DNA of 64,000 bases from NCBI GenBank assembly GCA_951406725.2, contig OX597832.1, positions 63,798,001 to 63,862,000 of the forward strand, written 5' to 3'. The notes beneath the pieces are model-generated. The model did not search any database and was not told the DNA's origin. It saw only the letters and a list, made by a program, of their open reading frames with translations. This DNA comes from Octopus vulgaris. Lineage: Eukaryota. Position numbers and translations under genes: made by a program. Below are positions 55,695 to 64,000 of the stretch, one piece after another. The stretch's first letter is position 1. Every line of letters starts with the position of its first letter.

Positions 55695-55738
55695 CCACTA
55701 CAATTGTTTCATGTCTGCTACCGACATTCTTCAGGTGG
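55695..55738 (-). ncRNA. Minimal type I hammerhead ribozyme (PLE-type, intact core)
   Basis: CCAC-CUGAAGA-AUGUC-gguagca-GACAU-GAAA-CAAUUG-UA-GUGG: all three stems pair, stem III palindromic. Confidence 0.85.
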
Positions 55739-56349
55739 ATTTTCGATCTAAAAATATCAATATTTTAAAATATAATTTAAAATAATTTAAAATAATAAAA
55801 TAATAAAATTATCAATGAAAGAATATATATATAACTTCGAATCTGAGTCAATAATGTAACTAAAAGTGAAATATGAAACAGCTGTAAGCATAGGAAATTG
55901 AATATTTTTTCTTTTGCCTCTCACTTCTGGATTTTAAATTACATCTTAAATTTATTGTTACATGATAGCAGTTGGAGTGCTATTACGAGCTACTTTTGAT
56001 TTTCCGAATCGTGTGCGTGCGTATTAATCTTCTTCTGTGGAGTTAAGATTAAATCATTTGCTTTTTCTCTGGACAGAAAGAAAGTCTATCGTAAATTGAG
56101 GTTAACGTCAGAAGTCACACTGAGGAATTTGCCGTAGGAAATCCCGAAATTTATTGTTTAGATCTGCAAGAATTATTCTCAATATCAAACCTTATTTTTC
56201 AAGTGTATATGAATATGAGCATATGTATATGTGTGTAGATGTTTATGCACATATTGGGTGTATGGATATGTATATGTATGTGGTTGTATATATGTGTGTG
56301 TATATATATGTATATATATATATATATTGGTATACGTATATCTGTATAT

Positions 56350-56398
<49 letters not shown>

Positions 56399-57108
56399 CA
56401 CAAACGCGTGTGTGTGTATATGCATATGTATGTATATATACAAATATACACAAACACACGTGTGTGCGTGTGTGTGTGTATATGCATATATATGCCTGTG
56501 TGTAAATATATATATATATATATATGTATATTTCGTGTAACGTTAAGCGGTGGCAGATAAATCCTCTATTCATGTGGATGGAAAGCTAGTCCCTCGCTTT
56601 GATTTTCCTCGTAGAATATTTAATCTGAGCGCTGTATATCAAGGCAATTATCCTTGGTGTGTCCTTCATTTCAAACTATGCATTAAACTATGTAAGATGT
56701 AACCTCATGGACATTTACTTTCAGTGGTTCGCTACCTAGCATATGATATTTGCTTCCAGAAGTTTTGCACTCGGCATGAGTACATTATATACTTATATAC
56801 GTATAACATATGTATATATGTATACTGTTACGTCTGATGCACGAAATATTAATGTCTAGAACAATTTTAATTAGATTTACGTTTTAATAAATTGCAATAT
56901 AAATGATAATGTTTCCCCAGTACATTTAATGTATAACTACACACACGTTCACATATGTGCGTACCTGTACACACAGATATACACGAGTAGGCGGGTATAT
57001 GTATGTAAATACATATACACACACAATATATGCGTGTGTGTGTGTGTTTTTGTCGGCCTAACATAATACTTGACTTTTCACGTGAACTTGCAAGCTGCCG
57101 TAGGTGTT

Positions 57109-57158
<50 letters not shown>

Positions 57159-57178
57159 TCTCTCACTCTTTTTCTTTC

Positions 57179-57227
<49 letters not shown>

Positions 57228-57504
57228 GTCTCGTACCTGTGTGTGTGGTAAAAATCAATGGACTTCCGTCGGTTTCGTTGATGACTGTGTTCAATCAACT
57301 GGACTAGCTATTCATAGAACTGAGAGTAGCTGAGTATACCAGTCTTCGATTTGGTTGAACGGACTGCATTGATTTAATATCGACTCCTTGCACCCAATGG
57401 TAGTCTCTCGCAGTCCGAGAAAGACGCCCCCTAAATTCCTTACTGGACAAACTGCACGAATGATTTGTTTATAGTGATCAAATGCTTGTGCCGAAGAGTA
57501 GTGA

Positions 57505-57825
57505 AGGCGCGTGGCTTACTGGTTAGGACATTCGGCTCACGATCGAAAGGTCGTGAGTTCAATACCCAGCAATGTGTTGTGTCCTTGAGCAAGACACTTT
57601 ATTTCCCGTTACTCCAGTCCTCTCAGCTGGCAAAAGTGAGTTGTACCTGTATTTCAAAGGGGCCAGCCTTGTCATACTCTGTGTCACGTTGAATCTCTCT
57701 GATAACTGCGTTAAGGGTACACGTGTCTGTGAGTCACTTGCACATTAATTTCACTAATTTCACGAGCAAGCTGTTCCGTTGATCGTATCAGCTTGGACTG
57801 TCGTCGTCGTAACCGACGGAGTGCT
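57505..57825 (+). mobile_element. SINE family C copy
   Basis: tRNA-like head, TGTGTCCTTGAGCAAGACACTTTATTTC central motif. Confidence 0.75.
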
Positions 57826-58479
57826 GAACAGTAACTCACTCACACTCCATCAGATCGACTTTTGCTGAACATGTGATCCCGGAGCAGCGTGAGATTAAGT
57901 GTTTTACTCCAGAACAGAATGCACCACCCGGTCTAGGAATTGAAATCACGATCTCGCAATCGGGAGTGCAACATCCCTAACCACTACGCCATTCGCTCCT
58001 CACTGCGAAGTTTGTAGGTATACCAAAACATATTTTATGTAACGCAATGCAGATCCCTTTCAGACTGGGATAACTGGAGGATATTTTGAGAGTGGGTTAA
58101 CTGAGGGTATTTTGGAGAGTGGTCTGGCCGTAGAGGCTATTCGAAGAGTTGGCTAACTGTGGAGGATGCGGTTTGAAGGCACGAAAATAAAGTCGTTCTT
58201 ACCTCTCGACTTGCAATTGAGTAAAGCCAGCAGATTGCTCAATTGTTAACACGCGTTCTCACGACCTCTCTTCGTCACGTCTGGCTTCTATCACAGACAG
58301 ACTGAAAAAGAGCGAAACTTTTCTTCTGACTCGCCAACGTGACGTCATCTCTCTCCCTTTCCGGTCTTTCTTCCACCATAGAGGATAACTGGAGAGTAGG
58401 TTAGCCGTAGAAGATATCTTGGAGATTATTTACATTATTCACATTTGACGTATGTTTGTCCTCACCTTGTTTTGTTGTT

Positions 58480-58524
58480 AACACAACGTTTCAGCTGATA
58501 TGCTCTCCTCCTTCATCAGGTGTC
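58480..58524 (-). ncRNA. Minimal type I hammerhead, stem II degenerate
   Basis: GACAC-CUGAUGA-aggaggagagcauaucagcu-GAAA-CGUU-GUGUU. Confidence 0.55.
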
Positions 58525-58571
58525 TTGGGGAAATTTTAAACCTGGGTTCTCATTCCTAAAGTACTTTTCGA

Positions 58572-58637
<66 letters not shown>

Positions 58638-58734
58638 CATTCAGGTCACTGCCTGGAATCGAACTCGGAATCTTGGGGTTAGTAGTCCGCGCTCTTAACC
58701 ACTACGCCATATACCCGTGGTTAAGAGCACCATA

Positions 58735-58789
58735 TGGCATAGTGGTTAAGAGCGCGGGCTACTAACACCAAAATTCCGAGTTCGATTCC
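58735..58789 (+). promoter_or_regulatory. Pol III type 2 internal promoter (A box 58735-58745, B box 58780-58789) in a tRNA-derived head
   Basis: TGGCATAGTGG and GTTCGATTCC; mirror copy at 58655-58709 on the minus strand. Confidence 0.8.
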
Positions 58790-58868
58790 AGGCAGTGACC
58801 TGAATAATAATAATAATGACATCGGAAAATACCTTAGAAATGAGAATCCAGGTTCGAAATTTCCCCAA

Positions 58869-58914
58869 GACACCTGATGAAGGCTGGAAAGTATATCAGC
58901 CGAAACGTTGTGTT
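58869..58914 (+). ncRNA. Minimal type I hammerhead ribozyme
   Basis: GACAC-CUGAUGA-a-GGCUG-gaaaguauau-CAGCC-GAAA-CGUU-GUGUU. Stem I GACAC/GUGUU, stem II GGCUG/CAGCC, palindromic AACGUU stem III. Confidence 0.82.
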
Positions 58915-59514
58915 AACAACAAACAAGGTGAGGACAAACATACGTCAAATGTAAATAATGTAAATAATTCCTCATCTCTAAAATATAGAACTGTAATATC
59001 TTGGAGAGTGGGCTAACTGTGGAGTGTATTTCCTCGTATGAGCCCAATTTCTTCTATATATATATGTGGATGCATGACTGGGTGTGCGCGACTATGTGTT
59101 TGTGTGTGTGTGCAAATCTGTGGGTGATATGCGTGGGTGTATGTGTGTGTGTGAGATCTCGGTAAAGTGCTTCTCTGGTTTACAATTCCGTTATATGCTC
59201 CAGAGACTCGTAAAATTTTACGCACAAACATTATTGCATTCATATATTCATGTCCCCAGATAAGCTTTGTCTTTACTCATTTCTTTACACTCAATCAAAT
59301 ACACACACGCACAACTATTCGCTTAAAAACATACAGAAACGAGCACACACACATTTTGACACAGACCGTTACACGCAAACATACATTCATATACATATTG
59401 TCGTGACTCTTTCATATCTCACGAAACTCCACATTTTCACACACACACTATATATATATATAGATATATATATATAGATATATATATATAGATGTATATA
59501 TATATATATAGATG

Positions 59515-59552
<38 letters not shown>

Positions 59553-59721
59553 TATATAGATATATCTCCGCACATACTATTATGTAGATATACACACGCA
59601 CTCACATGTCCACACATACGTAACCTCACATACACACACTATATATAAATATATATGTATATACGCACATACAGTTATGTAGATATATACACGCACTTAC
59701 ATATATCGATACATTACGTAG

Positions 59722-59757
<36 letters not shown>

Positions 59758-59758
59758 A

Positions 59759-59793
<35 letters not shown>

Positions 59794-59863
59794 TGTATGT
59801 ATGTATCTATCTATCTACCTATCTTTATATATATATATGTATGCATATATGTATGTATGTATG

Positions 59864-59897
<34 letters not shown>

Positions 59898-60005
59898 TGT
59901 ATGTATGTATGTATGTATGTATCTATCTATCTATCTGTATATATTTATGTATGTATGTATGTATCTATCTATATATATTTATGTATGTATGTATGTATCT
60001 ATCTA

Positions 60006-60041
<36 letters not shown>

Positions 60042-60079
60042 TGTATGTATGTATGTATGTATGTATGTATGTATGTATG

Positions 60080-60193
<114 letters not shown>

Positions 60194-60780
60194 CATACCT
60201 AACTGTATGTGCATATATATCTGCACATACAGTTATATAGATATACACACGCACTCACTCAGACAGACAGACACGCGCGCGTTTACTTTGTGTTTTGCTT
60301 ATGAGAACGCCTTAGACGATGACGTTGGGAGATTGGGAAATGACTTCCGGCATCGGCATTTGATGTCGGAATCCTTTGATATTGTCGAATCACTTCAAAG
60401 GGAATTGATTATTTCAGCTCAGATACTTAACGCTCAGATGTCTCAGGTATAAAACAGATAGTAAAACACTAATATCAGACAAAACTAGTGATGTACCGTA
60501 TGATAGCTGTGCATGCGTGCGTGTCTGTTATTGACACACACACGCAAACGTTTCCTTTGTCTTCGGTTTTTACACTGCTGACATATGAAATTAGTCTAGA
60601 ATCTCTTGTGTTCGAAGCATTGAATACGCACACACATACAAGCACATGCATACATACCCACGTACGCACATACACCAACACACTCGTAAACACACATACA
60701 CACAGTATCGTGCACCCCACACATAAATAGAAGAAATTGGGCACATATGATGAAAGTATATATAACATAAGAAACAAATA

Positions 60781-60847
60781 GAAAAACATTCTTTCATCAG
60801 CTGTCTTTTGGAGATCATTGTGGTTTCGAAGCCTTAAGACAGCATCG
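60781..60847 (-). ncRNA. Degenerate copy of the permuted hammerhead-like motif
   Basis: CUGUCUU-aaggcuuc-GAAAC-(14 nt)-AAGACAG-CUGAUGA; stem I is 7 bp but stem III and the triplet are broken. Confidence 0.35.
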
Positions 60848-61377
60848 TTAGCCCAATGCTGTCAACAACTACCAGAAAGGGGTGTTAGGGAGTATTATGA
60901 TAGAGACGAAATATACAGGATACAAAATAACGATATATATAAGGTTTTGAGATTCGGACAGAAAAACGAAAAGCATTGCAATTTTTCGATTAAACAAAAG
61001 AGTAGAAGACAATTGTGTACCAGAACAACATTGCAAAAATGAGGAATAATAAAATTAGTTGCATGAACAATATTCGTTCAACAGAAGGAAGAGATAAAGC
61101 AGTTACTGAAGACGGTGCATTCTCGAAGAGAACTCAGGTCGAAGACAAAGGATAATAGATCGGATTGACAGTAGGAAATGAAGTGGGAGAATTGCATTAT
61201 GGAAAAAGAAAGGAACAGAGATAGAGGGAGAGAGAGAGAGAGAGAGTAGAAAGGAAGAGAGAGGAGAGATATATAAGAGCATTTATTTGGTGTCAGTGAA
61301 CGTTACTTGTCTGATGTTGCATAATCGACGTACGAAACCCAAAATTATAATGTTTTTTGTATATACACTCGTATATA

Positions 61378-61439
<62 letters not shown>

Positions 61440-61773
61440 GTGTGTGTGTGTATTTCCTTCTACCTCTGTATCGTAATCTCCCTTTTAGGTTCATGGTACC
61501 AAGCTTAGAAGATAAGTGATGAGGTGATCGAGCGTGTGCAGGTGCGTCGTCCTCTCCCATTTTTCTATATGTTCCTCAGTCCTCCTCCTGTCTCACTCTA
61601 AGCATGTGTGTTTACACCCCACCCATACGCCTCATGCATCCAAACACATCTTCCCGCTCCCTCCCCCCTCTCTCCGTTCCTTTCTTTTTCCAGAATGTAA
61701 TTCTTCCTATTATCGTTTTCGTTCGAGTAAACCCTTCCATGCACTGCCTCCTGTGCAATGACTGAAACGATAT

Positions 61774-61867
<94 letters not shown>

Positions 61868-62740
61868 GAATGTAATTATATAACATCCTATTATATAACA
61901 CTATACATCATTCATTCATTGCACCCCACCAAAAAAAAAAAAAAAACCGCAATCCACTGGTCCGTTCAAATCCTCCAGAGACAGAGAAACAATCAAGCTA
62001 CCGTTATTATCACCTGGTGTTGTTATATTTGATTTGCAAAACTCGCCTCTATTTTCTTTCCACCTCACTGCAGTTTTTTTTCTTTATCCATTATATTCTA
62101 CTTCGATTTATATTCTCTTGTCTCCCACCTCACCGCCGCCATTCTTTTCCATTCAATTGTCGTTTGTTATTCCTTCATTCTCCTTGTCGCTATCATATTT
62201 TATTAATTCTCTTTCATATTTATTCAACCGCTTAACAAAACACACACTAACACGCCATTTGCCTTTTACACCTGCTGTTTTCATTTCTGAAACACATCTC
62301 TCCGCTGCTGCCTATCGTTGCCTCTCTCGCCTTTTCTCTTTCTAATTCTGCCTATCAATTTATCTCTGTATCCACTAATCGATTCAGATCAATTGATTTG
62401 TTTGTCAGTCCTCTTGTCCTTGACCGGTTTCTGTCTGTTTGTCTGTCATTTTTGTCTGTCACTATATTCCATCAGTCCGTCTTTGTGTGTGTGCATGCGC
62501 GCACGTGCGTATGAATATATACACACAGATAATATATCTGCGTATATGCACTTAAATATACGCATGTGTGTACATGTGCTTTTTGTGTATGTGTGCGTTT
62601 GTGCGAATGCATGTACGTTTCTGCAAATGTATATATATATGTACGTATACCTCTGTATGTGTGTGTATATATGTAGATATTTTTATGTACCTATATATGT
62701 ATCACTTGCATATTTATATGTGTATGTGCATATGTGCATA

Positions 62741-62826
<86 letters not shown>

Positions 62827-63288
62827 AAAGCAGGTTGATATCGGTGTTCCACCAAAACTGAATTTTCAAATTCAATTCCAAGAAGGAAATTAATTTCATT
62901 TGTAGAAAGATAAGAGGTAAGAAAAACGGTGAGAAAGCTTAGTGAAGAGCGAATTTTAATTAACGCTAAATTACGAACAATGATCACTAAGAAATAGGTA
63001 GGGAGAGGCTGCGCTAAGTATGCGCGCGCGCGTGTGTGTGAAGGCGACTTACCAAACACTAATAAAAACCAATTTCTGTCTGTTCCCAAGCGATTAAAAC
63101 CTTATTTATGGCGTGTATTTGAATGATAAACTTTTTTTGTATCTTTGTAAGTACGAATGATACCTGCTTTAGTGAGCAGACGTACGTGTACACATACACA
63201 CACAGACATGCACCTGTATGTACGTGTGTGACTGTATATGTATGTATGTAGTTGTACATGTATGTATATGTTTATGTATGTATGAGTG

Positions 63289-63320
<32 letters not shown>

Positions 63321-63882
63321 CAGACGTATTCCCATACATAGATAAGCATTCATTGATCAACAGCAATATGTGGGAAAGATTTACTATAACCATTGAAATC
63401 TGTTCGGTAGAATTATCTTTATCCAGACACAATGCGAACAAAACCACTCATACGACTTCAGTATTTAAATAAATTCTTTGACCCACATTAGCACAATTCT
63501 TATCTATGGTGATGCCATAACACATTCGATGTCATTTATCTTAAGAGCTATTTACGTTTGTTATGCAATCTCTGACGATTTGATAATGTAATCCTCTTTA
63601 TAAGTTTTTTTTTCCTTATTCCCATAAGGAATACGGCAATTAACGAAACCCGTGGAAGATGGCGTAATTAAACAATTTATGAACCGACACTCCGTTTTTT
63701 GTTTCTTATATTTACTTTGTTCTTATGGAGACTATTGAAAGGAAACGGAGGAAAATGCACGTTATTTACGCAGTTTTCTCTTTCGATTTATGAAGAAAAT
63801 GAAATTCTAAAAACTTGTCACACATCATACAATTTCAATTCTACTATACGATTATACATACGTGCATACAGAGAGAGAGAGA

Positions 63883-63924
<42 letters not shown>

Positions 63925-64000
63925 TGAAATTATGTATGTATATTCGGATGTATATGTATATACATGTCTGTATATATGTATATGCATATATGTATATGTA

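Larger units (their letters stand above)
58426..58995. mobile_element. Head-to-head inverted pair of a tRNA-headed, hammerhead-bearing short element
   Basis: Arms 58426-58716 (minus) and 58731-58967 (plus). Each has an A box, a B box, (TAA)n and an HHR. Flanked by ATATCTTGGAGA at 58414-58425 and 58996-59007. Confidence 0.85.

Noticed and set aside
56117-56160. CUGAGGA...GAAA motif
   Set aside because: Stem II is out of register and no stem I partner is present
58731-58802. Functional tRNA gene
   Set aside because: The acceptor and anticodon stems are imperfect and there is no downstream T-run; better explained as a SINE head
60290-60452. Possible exon or promoter (unique sequence, ACTTCCGG motif, CAG|GTATAA)
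   Set aside because: No recognisable protein similarity or clear acceptor site; unsupported without transcript data

Overview
AT-rich, microsatellite-saturated eukaryotic intergenic or intronic DNA. The repeat complement suggests a cephalopod, probably Octopus (inference). I found no credible host protein-coding exon: nearly all listed ORFs are microsatellite read-throughs or decayed transposon ORFs. Recognisable elements are a 5'-truncated Tx1/L1-clade LINE (2523-5143) inside a (TCTA/CCTA)n tract plus a second 3' remnant, an RTE-type LINE 3' fragment, a full-length dead hAT/Charlie-Buster transposon with an 8-bp TSD, a DD37D-type Tc1/mariner fossil nested in a SINE, a mariner fragment, several MITEs, a Helitron-like element and three abundant tRNA-headed SINE families. 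The most striking signal is a dense set of hammerhead-ribozyme (HHR) motifs in Penelope-like (PLE) fragments. These include canonical minimal type I HHRs, two fold-back palindromes with an HHR on each arm, a tRNA-promoter SINE-like element ending in an HHR, and three related loci where the HHR core strands appear in a non-circularly permuted, pseudoknotted order. One SINE family shares its 3' tail with the Tx1 LINE in the window, and an X...Y-X-Y duplication has a snap-back junction. All alignments and folds were done by eye, and element boundaries without TSDs are approximate.
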